Part shown: piece after piece, positions 32,921 through 43,210 of the stretch | Numbering within the stretch: position 1 is the stretch's first letter | Layout of the letters: each line of letters opens with the position of its first letter | Assembly: GCA_023205875.1 (NCBI GenBank) | Contig: CP060766.1 | Span: 372,001 to 436,000 of the forward strand | DNA length: 64,000 nt | From: Chloropicon primus | Taxonomy: Eukaryota | Direction: 5' to 3' | Made by a program: the position numbers and the translations under genes | Notes under the pieces: generated by a model | What the model saw: only the letters and a program-made list of their open reading frames with translations | Databases searched by the model: none | Told to the model about the DNA's origin: nothing

Positions 32921-33958
32921 TTACTGCTTCTGGAAAAGGGAGCCAAAGCCGTCCTTCTTGAAGGACTTGCCGGACTCGATGGAAGTGAAGGTGTTGAGCG
33001 CATTGTCCTCCTTTCCGAGGGCCTTGAGGGCCATGTACGCCGCCTTCTGGCCGGAAATGAACATGGCTCCAAAGGTTGGCCCCATCCTAGGGCAACCGTC
33101 GACCTCGGCGACCTCCATTCCCGTGATGATCATGCCGGGGAAGACCTCCCTGGTGTTGGCCACGACGGCGTCCTCGGCCTTGTTCATGTCGAGGGCGGCC
33201 ATTCCGGGGACCTTCTTCACGAGTCCGAGCTCCTCGAGCCTCTTCACGCCCGTGGCGCCGAAGGGGCCGTCGTGGCCGCACGCGGAGACAACGACCTTGG
33301 CCTCCAAGACGTTTGGATCCATGCAGGACTGGGTGTCGTGGCCAAAAAGGGTGACGGTCGACCAGTTCGTCACGACGCCGGCGACCCTGTTCTCCTTGAC
33401 GATGAGGTCCTCGACGCAGGTGGCGTTGAAAAGCTTCACGTTTGGAGCCTCGAGGACCTTGCTCATGATGGTGGAGGTGTACTGAGCGGCGTGCTTGAGG
33501 ACGACGTAGTTCTCGTAATCCTCGAACTCGAGGCCGAGCTCGGTGAGGAAGTGGTGGGCAGGCTTCCTGATCACCATGGAGGAGAAGAGCTGGCCGCCCA
33601 GCCAGGCCCCGCCTCCCGGAGCGACGCTCTGCTCGATGAGGGCGACGCTCACGTCGGGGTGCTTGGAGAGCTCGTACGCGCAAGCGAGCCCCGCGCTCCC
33701 GCTTCCCATGATGATCACGTCAGCGTCCGCGTACTTGTAGAGGTCCTGGAAGTACCTCGTGGACATCTCCCTGCTCACCTCCCTCTCGCGGATCGGCTTG
33801 AAGGTGTACCCGTCGAAGGGCCCGGCGTCGGCTCCGGCCCTCGTCCTCACCGACGCGGCCCGGCGGGCGGAGGCCCTGGAAGTCCTGGCAGGGACGCTAC
33901 TCCCCTTCGCGGAGACCCTCGTCGCGGAGACCCTCGTCCTCGATGCGGTTGCCATCAT
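32921..33958 (-). CDS. THI4: Thiamine thiazole synthase, plastid, Cys-type
   Basis: [66 protein letters not shown]. Confidence 0.97.
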   Translation of the reverse strand: MMATASRTRVSATRVSAKGSSVPARTSRASARRAASVRTRAGADAGPFDGYTFKPIREREVSREMSTRYFQDLYKYADADVIIMGSGSAGLACAYELSKHPDVSVALIEQSVAPGGGAWLGGQLFSSMVIRKPAHHFLTELGLEFEDYENYVVLKHAAQYTSTIMSKVLEAPNVKLFNATCVEDLIVKENRVAGVVTNWSTVTLFGHDTQSCMDPNVLEAKVVVSACGHDGPFGATGVKRLEELGLVKKVPGMAALDMNKAEDAVVANTREVFPGMIITGMEVAEVDGCPRMGPTFGAMFISGQKAAYMALKALGKEDNALNTFTSIESGKSFKKDGFGSLFQKQ

Positions 33959-34484
33959 CCTGATAATATCGATTGAATGCGGTTTCGTTCGCTTGCTGAA
34001 CGAAGGAAGGAGGGAAGGAAGGAGGGAAAGCAGCCGCCAGCAGGAGAGAGACAGAGAGAGGTCAGAGCGCGATCGATCGAGCGAGCGATGGTGCGGGCGA
34101 TGACTTACCGTGCTCCTTTCGGGTTCAGTCGTCGATCGAGGACGGAGGAAGGAGACACAACAAAACGTCAGTGTGTGTGAGGGAGGTGTGTGAGGGGGTT
34201 CGTTGAGCGGGCGACAACAATCCTGCGGGCCGCAAGAGGAAGAAAAGAAAAAAAGAGAAAAAAAAGAGAAGAGAGAGTTGCGGCGATTCCGTCCGGAGGG
34301 CAAGTCCCCAACCGCAGCCGCCCGGCTCCAAACTCACCTCGCTCGTGTTCTTCGTGATCGCAATGAGTTGTGGTGTGCGCCGACAAAAGTGCTAGGGTTT
34401 GTGTGGGGGGGCAAAAAAAAAGATAAAAGCGAGCGTTAACTTTTTCTTTTTCGTGTAACGGCTGGCTAAGAAAATATCTTTTGA

Positions 34485-34890
34485 GGATTTGAGGATTTGA
34501 GGAGCACGAAACGAGAGAGAAGGCAGAGAGATCGAGGAGGAGATCACCGAGGAGGGGAGGAGGCGATGAGGGCGGGAGTTTGTGCCGGAGGTTTCTCTCG
34601 AGTGATACGCGGATAGGAGCAGCGTCTCGTGCTCTTTCGAAAGAGGCGTCGCGCGAAAGAAACGACCCAGTGGTGAGGATCTGGGGACACGAAACGAGAG
34701 AGAGAGGGGCAGAAAGAGATCGAGGAGGAGATCACCGAGGAGGGGAGGCGACGACGAGGGCTGGAGTTTGTGCCGGAGGTTTCTCTCGAGTGATAGACGA
34801 GCGGAAGGAGTGTCTTTTCCTCATTAGAACGAGCCCTCGCGCGCGACAAGAAGGACCCGGTGGTCGGGATCGTCTGAGGAGCACGGACGT
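34485..34890 (+). repeat. About two tandem ~188-bp units containing the dispersed element, directly before the F-box/ankyrin ATG
   Basis: GAGGAGGAGATCACCGAGGAGGGGAGG..GAGTTTGTGCCGGAGGTTTCTCTCGAGTGATA at about 34534 and 34722. Cores at 34616-34680 and (degenerate) 34804-34870. Confidence 0.88.
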
Positions 34891-34894
34891 GAAG

Positions 34895-36304
34895 ATGGCG
34901 GTGACGAGGGGAGCGAGCAAGAGGCAGAGGATTGAGCCCAAACACGCGCTGGAGGTGTTGCCAGGTAGTGCATGGCGCATCATTGGCAAGCATGTGGCCG
35001 ACTTCGACCGGGTCGCTTTTGGGTTTACCTGCAAGACGTTCCTCGAGGCGGTGACAATGGCGACGGCGAACCCTGATCTGAAGAAGAAGGTTGCTCTGAA
35101 GACGGACCTGAGAGGACATCGGTTGTTCGAGGAGATGCCTCGCTTCAGTTTGAATTGGTTCCAGTGGGTGTTTCAGTCGTTCGAAAGGAGGAAGGGAGCA
35201 CCGGGACTATGGCATGGACCTGGCAGGTACTACGACCACTTCTATGACTCTCACCTGATGTACCTCGCCGCTTTCCAGGGCAGCAAGAAGGCGATGGAGT
35301 GGTTGGTGAGCCAAGGGATACCTTTGAAGATCAAGGGCAAGTATTTTAGAAGCGTTAATAATGAAGTGGTAGCAGTTTTAGGCGCTGCTGCCGGAGGTCA
35401 TATTGCGATGCTCGAATGGTTGAGGAGCAAGGGTTGCGAGTTTGATGAGTCGACTTGTTCTGGCGCAGCTAAAGGAGGTCACCTTGACGTTCTGAAGTGG
35501 CTCCGAAGCCAGGACCCGCCTTGTGATTGGGACCAGGAGACTTGTAGAAAGGCAGCTCGAAGAGGTCACCTTGATGTTCTGCAGTGGGCTCGAAGCCAGG
35601 ACCCGCCTTGTGATTGGAACTGGAGGACTTGTAAATGGGCAGCTCGAGGAGGTCACCTTGACGTTCTGAAGTGGCTCCGAAGCCAGGATCCGCCTTGCCC
35701 TTGGGACCAGCAGACTTGTGCTGATGCAGCTCTAGGAGGTCACCTTGATGTCCTGCAGTGGGCTCGAAGCCAGGATCCGCCTTGTGATTGGGACAAGTTG
35801 ACTTGTGAAGGTGCAGCTCGAGGAGGTCGCCTTGATGTTCTGCAGTGGGCTCGGAGCCAGGACCCGCCTTGCCCTTGGGGCTCGGATACTTGTGCTGATG
35901 CAGCTGTAGGAGGTCACCTTGATGTCCTGCAGTGGGCTCGAAGCCAGGATCCGCCTTGTGATTGGGACAAGTTGACTTGTGAAGGTGCAGCTCGAGGAGG
36001 TCGCCTTCATGTTCTGCAGTGGCTTCGGAGCCAGGACCCGCCTTGTGATTGGAACGAGTGGACTTGTGCTGGTGCAGCTGGAGGAGGTCAGCTTGGTGTT
36101 CTGCAGTGGCTCCGAAGTCAGGATCCGCCTTGCCCTTGGGACCAGGAGACTTGTTCTAAGGCAGCTCGAAGAGGTCACCTTCTCATTCTCCAGTGGGCTC
36201 GAAGCCAGGACCCGCCTTGCCCTTGGGACCCAATTGAATGCATGGTGTGGGCGGACAGCAGGAAAGACCAGCACGTCATCGAATGGATCAATGCCAATTC
36301 GTAA
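34895..36304 (+). CDS. F-box-like + tandem 29-aa ankyrin-like repeat protein (intronless)
   Basis: N-terminal LEVLPGSAWRIIGKHV..FDRVAFGFTCKTF (F-box-like), then repeats of GHLDVLQWARSQDPPCxWxxxTCxxAA. Confidence 0.85.
   Translation: MAVTRGASKRQRIEPKHALEVLPGSAWRIIGKHVADFDRVAFGFTCKTFLEAVTMATANPDLKKKVALKTDLRGHRLFEEMPRFSLNWFQWVFQSFERRKGAPGLWHGPGRYYDHFYDSHLMYLAAFQGSKKAMEWLVSQGIPLKIKGKYFRSVNNEVVAVLGAAAGGHIAMLEWLRSKGCEFDESTCSGAAKGGHLDVLKWLRSQDPPCDWDQETCRKAARRGHLDVLQWARSQDPPCDWNWRTCKWAARGGHLDVLKWLRSQDPPCPWDQQTCADAALGGHLDVLQWARSQDPPCDWDKLTCEGAARGGRLDVLQWARSQDPPCPWGSDTCADAAVGGHLDVLQWARSQDPPCDWDKLTCEGAARGGRLHVLQWLRSQDPPCDWNEWTCAGAAGGGQLGVLQWLRSQDPPCPWDQETCSKAARRGHLLILQWARSQDPPCPWDPIECMVWADSRKDQHVIEWINANS
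35474..36230 (+). repeat. Coding tandem array, 9 x 87 bp, with a higher-order 174-bp duplication
   Basis: GAGGTCACCTTGAYGTYCTG..TGGGCTCGAAGCCAGGAYCCGCCTTG recurs every 87 nt from about 35474 to 36170. Confidence 0.95.
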
Positions 36305-36407
36305 CCAAGAACAATGTCTCACGACGAACCTGTCATCGACCTTCGCTTTCCTTCCTGGTTCCTCCTCCTTCCTCTTTCTCCTCTCCTCTCTTTGTTTTTT
36401 CTCTTCC

Positions 36408-36605
36408 GGTGGATTTTCTCCCTTCCGCTAAACCATCATAACGGCCCGAGGCCACGAGGGGCCGAACGAGGACGGGAGCACGCGTCGGAGGAAAAGAGAT
36501 AGAGAAGAGGAGGACAGGAAAGAAGGAAGCGTCGTCTCGTGCTCTTTCGAACGAGCTCTCGCGCGAAAGAAACGACCCAGTGGTGAGGATCTGGCGACAC
36601 GAAAC
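36408..36605 (+). repeat. Long copy of the dispersed element
   Basis: Core at 36526-36590. The 5' part GGTGGATTT.CTCCCTTCCGCT.AACCATCATAACGG is shared with the reverse copy at ~40820-40855. Confidence 0.85.
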
Positions 36606-36619
36606 GCGAAAAAGAGAGG

Positions 36620-36777
36620 ACAGACACACACACAGTGAAAGAGAAAGAGAGAGAGATCAACCGATTGCGATGCGCATCGAAAGAGAGAGATGCAGTTGGA
36701 TCCGCCAATGTCCCACCCTCCCTCCCCTTTCCCCTCCTCCACATCATCAAGTCCTCCGCATCCATCACCTCCAGCTG
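36620..36777. repeat. 158-bp direct repeat, left copy
   Basis: Identical by eye to 37899-38056 (constant offset 1279). Confidence 0.93.
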
Positions 36778-36827
36778 GCAGGTGAGCTGGGGCCCCAGAG
36801 AGAATCTCGCACTAGAATCTCTTGACG

Positions 36828-37529
36828 ATGGCGATGGCGGCAAGGACGGTGGCTGTTCTCGGTGCCTCGGGAGGCGTGGGGTCTGCCGTGGTGAAGAAGG
36901 CTCTCGCGAATGGGTTCAAAGTTCGTGCTCTCGCTCGAAGCAAATCCAAGGCCATGGCAGCTTTAGGTGACGAGGCTTTTGGTCAGTTGGACGCATTCAT
37001 AGAGGGAGACGTTTCTGATGCCTCTGCACTCGCTGCTCTTCTTAAGGATGGAGGGGATGAGCATCCGGTGGTGATGTCATGCCTCGGGACGCCCAAGGGA
37101 ATGGCACCCTGCGTGGAGAGCGGAACGCGCTTCCTGATGGATGCCATGGCGCTACGAGGATGGAAGCGGTTGGTGATGATCTCCTCCATTGGGGTGGGCG
37201 ACTCCCTGGAGCAGGGGCGAGGGATGGCGCCTATTTTCATCCGATGCATTGTGCCATGCTTCTTGAGCAAAGTGTTTGGGGATCTGGAGCGGGCGGAGGA
37301 GCTCTGCTGGACGGAGCGTGGTGGCGTGAAGTGCGTCGCGGTCCGCCCGCCCGCCCTTACCGACAAGCCGGGGCGGGGCAACTTCACGCTGGCGTCGGCT
37401 TCCGACCCGCGCCCCTCCAAGACGGCCAAGATACCGCGCGAGGACGTCGCTGCGGCGATGGTGCAGCTCGCCGATCCCACTGCGTTCGGGCAGTGGGCCG
37501 GGAAGGGGGTCACCGTGGTGGTGCCGTGA
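36828..37529 (+). CDS. NAD(P)H-binding atypical SDR (flavin reductase/BVR-B-like)
   Basis: VAVLGASGGVG, VRALARS, IEGDV, ISSIGVGDS, VRPPALTD, IPREDVA. Intronless. Confidence 0.88.
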   Translation: MAMAARTVAVLGASGGVGSAVVKKALANGFKVRALARSKSKAMAALGDEAFGQLDAFIEGDVSDASALAALLKDGGDEHPVVMSCLGTPKGMAPCVESGTRFLMDAMALRGWKRLVMISSIGVGDSLEQGRGMAPIFIRCIVPCFLSKVFGDLERAEELCWTERGGVKCVAVRPPALTDKPGRGNFTLASASDPRPSKTAKIPREDVAAAMVQLADPTAFGQWAGKGVTVVVP

Positions 37530-37898
37530 GAGTGTTCGAGTCTGTAATACACCTGGCGACGAGGCGCCATCTCTATCGAGGGAGGGCTCGACCAAGAGTG
37601 GAAGGAGGGGAAGACGCGGCGGCTCTACTTGCCTGGCCATCGCTCCCCCTCCCCCCCGTCCACCTTGAACATCATCATCACCTTGATCATCACCTCGCAA
37701 TCCAAACTCTGAAGCTCTCTTGTACAATTGGGTCAATCTCAACGTGTGAGGGATCCATCGAAAGAGCAAGAGGCAATGGCCCCGTCAGTGACCCTCCTCC
37801 CTCCCCTTTCTCCTCCTCCACATCGTCTCCACCAGCCGTCATCAGTGATCAGTGTTGACTCATCACCTCCCTTCCCGAGACTGGCTGGTGACTGACAC

Positions 37899-38056
37899 AC
37901 AGACACACACACAGTGAAAGAGAAAGAGAGAGAGATCAACCGATTGCGATGCGCATCGAAAGAGAGAGATGCAGTTGGATCCGCCAATGTCCCACCCTCC
38001 CTCCCCTTTCCCCTCCTCCACATCATCAAGTCCTCCGCATCCATCACCTCCAGCTG
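37899..38056. repeat. 158-bp direct repeat, right copy
   Basis: Identical by eye to 36620-36777. Confidence 0.93.
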
Positions 38057-38326
38057 CTCCAATCCTCTGCTGCTCTGTTCTCCTGCAAGAAGAAGGAAAA
38101 TTGTGGATTGGCGGACGGCGCAGTAGTGAAGCGGAAAGGTGAGTTTTGCGACGCATGTTTGGGGCGAGAGGGGGTGAAGCGAGAAAGGAGGGTTGGACAG
38201 GTCGATGCATCATCTCTTTCTCTTTCGTTTGATACCTTCCTCGAAAGGTATGACGCTCTGGTAACGCTGCTGCGGGACCTGACACCTTTGGTCTCCTCAG
38301 GTCTCCTCTCAAGGGATTGGTTCAGG

Positions 38327-39258
38327 ATGTTTCAGCCTCCAATGGGAGGAGGCGAAGTGCCGATGGACGGAAGCGGCGGGTTCCAGAACGGAAGGCAAGG
38401 GAATATTGCTCGACCTGGGATGAACAACTTCAAGACGAGGCTGTGCAGCATGTAAGTGACGACCTCGAGGAGGAGGAGGAGGAGGCGGCATCATCATCAT
38501 CGTTGTCTCCATCACGATCAAAATCAACTTGAAGCCTTTCTGACTGGAATGCATGCATCTCTCTTCCCCTTCCGCTTGTTCTCCTGATCGCGGCCCTCGG
38601 TCGAAACAGGTTCTCTTCCACGGGAGCTTGCCCGTATGGTGACCACTGCTCGTTCGCGCACGGCGAAGGGGAACTGAATAGGTCATCCATGCAGAACTCC
38701 ACGTTCCAGAGGAGGACGAGGCCGTGCAACAAGTTCAACACGCCCCAGGGGTGTCCCTATGGCGAGAACTGCAACTTCATTCATGATGTGAACGCATCAC
38801 CATTTGCTCTGCTGCCGGGGCCCGGAGGTTCGGGAGGGGAAGCACAGGTGTGCAAACCTGTCAAGCCGCCGCAGCAGATGCCTTTGAACTACAAGACGAG
38901 GCTCTGCGTGAGGTTTGAGTCCGGGGCGTGTCCATTTGGGGAGAAGTGTCACTTTGCTCACGGCAAGGGGGAGCTTCGGGACGCCAAGGCGAACAGAGCC
39001 ATGCACGGGGACCAGGAAAGGCAACTGGGGATGGGCCAGGAGGCGGGAGGGATGCAACTGAACCCGCCGAACTCGATGGTGACGTTCTTGTTCACGAGGA
39101 GGTCGCTGGAACCCAAACCCATCGAGCTCAAGGCACCCCCAGTGGACGTTGACTCCAATCTGGCGAAGCTCAGGGAAGCCAACAAGAAGGGGGCTCGGGA
39201 GGATTGGCTGCAGCAGGGGGGGTCTGACGTTTACGGAGACAAGGTGATCGTCTCCTGA
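38327..39258 (+). CDS. Triple CCCH zinc-finger RNA-binding protein, 2 coding exons (intron 38452-38609)
   Basis: KTRLCSM|FSSTGACPYGDHCSFAHG; TRPCNKF..GCPYGENCNFIH; YKTRLCVRF..CPFGEKCHFAHG. Probable 5'UTR intron 38139-38300. Confidence 0.88.
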
Positions 39259-39307
39259 TACAACAAAAAAATGAATCGATCGATTGTGTAACATATTAAC
39301 TTTCTCC

Positions 39308-40597
39308 TCAAGCGTGGCACCGAATCCGTGGGATGCCACACTCCTCGCTCACCTGGTTCAAGTTATCGATCAGGGAGTCGTGGAGCCTGATCCCTTCCCT
39401 TTCTTGCTCCTTCCTGGCATTGAGCTCGGGTTCTCCGGGGACCATGACTTGCGGCAGGCCGTCCGCGCTGGGCAGCCCGTGCATCTGATCGATGAAGTCG
39501 TCCATCCTCGACGGGAAACCTGGCATGAAGACCCCGGGGTCTATCGCGATGAAGGCCTGCCCGAGATTGGCGCCCCCGTCGTCCTTCTCGTTCGCCCCGC
39601 CCTCCCTGGATAGCAGAGGGCTCTGCCACGTCCTGATCTTCCTCCCAAAGCTCGCGTCGCCGAGGACCCCGCCCAAAACTTCCACGAGCATCGCCAGACC
39701 GTAGCCCTTGTACCCGCTGTTCTCCTCCAGACCCCCCAAGGGCATCAGGCCGCCCTTCCCCGTTGTGCTCGACTCTACCGCCGCCTTGGCGTCGTCCGTC
39801 GGCAAGCCGTCCGTTCCCACGCTCCACCCCAGAGGCAACTTCTCGCCCTTCCTGTTGGAGACCTCAACCTTCCCCAAAGCCACCGCGCTGGTCGCCATGT
39901 CCAGCACAAATGGATCTCTGGAGTCCGTTGGAGCCGCAAGAGCTATCGGGTTCGTACCCAGCGCTGGATTCTTCGCCCTTGTTGGGACCACGATCGGACT
40001 GTGGCGCAGAGGACAGGAGAAAAGGTCAGTCACAAGTTGTTCTCACGGGAGTCCAATCGATCCAAACCTCGCGAGCGCGTCGTACCTCGTGTTCGTCCAG
40101 CTCATCCCTATCATCCCGTGAGGAAGAGCCATCATCGCGTAGTGCCCAGCAATGCCATAATGGTTGCTGTTGTTAGCAACTACCCATCCGATCCCATGCT
40201 CCTTGGCCTTGTCGATAGCAACCTTCATACTGTACTCACCACAGACAGCACCAAGACAGTTTCTCCCATCGACCACAGCCGTCGGCCCCTTCTCCTTCAT
40301 GACAATCGGCTCAGCCTCTACATCGACCGTCCCAGTCTTGCACTCGTCCACATACATCTTCAATCGATTGATGCCGTGACTGTAGACCGCTCTCAGATCT
40401 GCTTCCACCAGAACCCGAGCCACAGCAACCGCGTGGTCCTTCTTCGCTCCAGAACTCACGAGTGCTTGTTCACAGAACCGGTGGAGGTCGCCGTGGAGCA
40501 CACGCTTGTATTCCGTCGCAGGGAAGGACGAAGGAAACATGCACGACGACGAAGAAGAGAAGCATCGCTTGCTCCAACCAAGGAGAAGGCCTCTCAT
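39308..40597 (-). CDS. Ldh_2-family (type-2 malate/L-lactate, AllD/DpkA-like) oxidoreductase, 2 exons (intron 39999-40085)
   Basis: LVEADLRAVYSHGINRL, NSNHYGIAGHY, NTS|PIVVPT, GTNPIA, LDMATSAVALGK, YKGYGL, PGEPE. N-terminus is presequence-like. Confidence 0.9.
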
Positions 40598-40650
40598 GAC
40601 AAACCAAACCAAACCAACCAACCAACGAAATGAATGAGAATTCTTTCTCG

Positions 40651-40856
40651 CCACTGCACCGTTTCTTTCGAGCGACGGCTCTTTCGAAAGAGCAAGAGAC
40701 AACGCTTCCTTCTATCTTGTCCTACGCGTCACTCTCTATTTCCCCGACGCGCTCTCCCGCCCTCTTCGTCTCCCCCCCCCTCTCTCTCTTTTCCTCCTCG
40801 TTCGCCCTCGTGCTCGCCCGTTATGATGGTTCAGCGGAAGGGAGAAATCCACCCAA
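40651..40856 (-). repeat. Long reverse copy of the dispersed element upstream of the Ldh_2 gene
   Basis: Plus strand reads CCACTGCACCGTTTCTTTCGAGCGACGGCTCTTTCGAAAGAGCAAGAGACAACGCTTCC...CCGTTATGATGGTTCAGCGGAAGGGAGAAATCCACC. Confidence 0.88.
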
Positions 40857-41130
40857 ACAGAGAGAGAGAGAGAGACAGAGGAGGAGGATCATAATCATAG
40901 TGACGGCGGTTGATGGATGAGGGAGCCAAGGGAGGATGATAGTGGCAGGTTGTCACCAACGTATCCGTATGCACCTCTTCCTGCTTTCCAAAGAGGCTCT
41001 CTCACTTGATGTGGAAGGGGGCAAGGAAGGGGATTGATAGTGCTGATCGGATCGATCCTCGACCCATCGATGCTATACTGCCTCGAGGATGATATGGGTA
41101 CGGTGCTGATGGTTCAAAACAAGTGCTTTT

Positions 41131-42887
41131 TTAAGGCTTAAAGAGCCTCTCCAGGTACTCTGAGAGCCTTGACTTCATTCCCAGGGCCTCCATGTAGCCG
41201 ATGTACTTGTCAGGACGGACGAGTAGCATGCCGTCGGTTATACCGCCGAACTTTCTCTTGAAGTCAGCAGGGTCTGCGATGGCAAGGGATTCAATGCCAG
41301 GCGGTCCCCGGCAGTCTTGGTGACAAGACAGAAGAAACGATTTGAGGCCCGCTCCTTCCTTCAGCACCTCGAGTTGTTTCAGGACGACTTCTGAGCAAAG
41401 CTCTTCGGCGGCGGCAGTCGAGCTTGCGAGGAAGAGCACGGTAAAGTGCGGACCTCTGACGAGGTCCAGGGTGGTGGTGCCCTTTTCCAATTTGAGGAAA
41501 GGCAGCCTGTCCCCGGCTTGAAGTGGCCAACTGCCGAAGAACTTCCTGGGGAGGACGGAAAGAGCCAGCGGCCCGCTCCTGTAAGAGATCCACAGCTGTG
41601 CCACGAGCTGTGGGATTCTCCTTTCCACCTCCGGCAGCAGAAACTTCCTCCCAAGGGCAGAGAACATGACCGAGCGTAACATTCGGAACATCACGCTAGA
41701 GCCCGCGACAGCGGAGAAGGCCGTGTCGGTCGTCCTGATGAGAGTTCGGCCAATTGGCTGTCTCTCGAGGGAAAAGGATTTGATGAGCGCAGCACTCGCC
41801 TTGCTTTGGCATGCGAGCCAAAGCTTCCAGCCCAAGTTGTACGAGTCCTGGAGGCCGGTGTTCATTCCTTGGCCGCCAGCTGGCGAGTGAATGTGAGCAG
41901 CGTCGCCCACAAGAAACACTCGCTCGAGGTCCCCGAACTGATCGACGACTCTGCAGAAAGCGAGCGAGCGAATGTCAGCACAAAAGTCACGAGAGGACCG
42001 GAACCCATGGCTGCTTACCTCGAGTGGATTCTGAAGGGGCTGATCCAGCGCGGGTTTTTCACAGCTAGTTTGGTGGGAAGAAGATCGCAAACTTTTTGAA
42101 CCTCCTCCATCGTCGCTTCCTTCCCCATCCTTTCCTCCGACCGGGTCATGACGATTCGATAGCCGCCCCATTTGTAGGGAAAGGCCACGAACAAGGTGCC
42201 GTCAAGGAAAGACAGCATGTCTCCAGGCTCAAGGTACCTCCCTCCGCTCTCTGCTGCATCGGCCTTCTCGATCTCGCAATCGCACAGCAGAAACTCCTCT
42301 TCAAACTTCTTCCCGTCAAAGGCGAGCCCGAGCGTCTTTCTCACGACGGAGTGAGCGCCCTCCGCACCCACCAAAAAGCGGGTCTTGACGGAGAAGGCCT
42401 CGCCGCCCCTCTCGCAGTGGCAAAGAATGTGGTCCTCTCCCCCGCTCGAGGCGGCGCGGGTCACCTTCTCAAACCCAACAAGTTTCGTCGAGTACTCGAC
42501 CAAGCCCTTCCTTCCGTAACGCTCGAGCGAATCGATGAGCATGTTCTCGTTCTGGAACTGCGGGAAGATGAGCATTCCTGGGAGCGGGCTCTGGTCTGGT
42601 ATCTGCCTCAGAGCCATCTGCACTTCCTGGCCTCGTCCCCACACCACGCGGGTGCCTTTCAGGACGAGGCCTTCTTCGATGGCCCTTTCGCTCAGGCCGA
42701 GGTCGTCGTAGATCTCCAGCGTCTTAATCTGGACGGCCATCGCCTTGGTGTGAACCGACGGACCCTCCGCCGCATCGATCACGCGAAGCTTCAGACCCCC
42801 TCGCCTTCTCGCCAAGTCATTCGCCAGCAGGAGGCCGCATGGCCCAGCCCCTGCAATCAGCACGTCCACCAGGGGGCTTGACTCCAT
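41131..42887 (-). CDS. FAD-dependent aromatic monooxygenase (FAD_binding_3, PcpB-like), 2 exons (intron 41951-42018)
   Basis: VLIAGAGPCGL, LVGAEGAHSVVRK, VFLVGDAAHIHSPAGGQGMNTGLQDSYNLGWKL, AGDRLP, LVRPDKYI. Confidence 0.9.
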
Positions 42888-43210
42888 CGTTTCCACTCGC
42901 TCGCTCCCTAATGCTAATCCTAAGCACACACACACACACGCACGCACAGAGAGAGAGAGAGAGAGATGAGGGGAGGGGACCGCTTTGCTTTGCACCGTCT
43001 CGCGCTCGCAGTCCGCAAAATGTCACACACACACGGCCTCGCTCGCCTCGCCTCGCTTCCGTTCGTTCGTTCTCTTCGCTCCAATCCAGGTCACGATGCG
43101 AGACACCTTATCCCAAGGACAATGAATTACAACGTCGTCGTTAATGTTACTGGTTGGCTTCTCCCTCTTTCTCTTTCTCTTTCTCTCTCCGTGTGTGTGC
43201 ATGTGTGTGC

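Noticed and set aside
32650..34400. TPP riboswitch at THI4
   Set aside because: The conserved aptamer core was not found by eye on the sense strand.
35474..36230. 87-bp periodic array as a CRISPR
   Set aside because: In-frame coding repeats (29 aa), no unique spacers, no cas genes, eukaryotic context.
36620..38056. LTR retrotransposon or TRIM
   Set aside because: The repeats lack TG...CA ends, and no PBS, PPT, TSD or gag/pol was seen.
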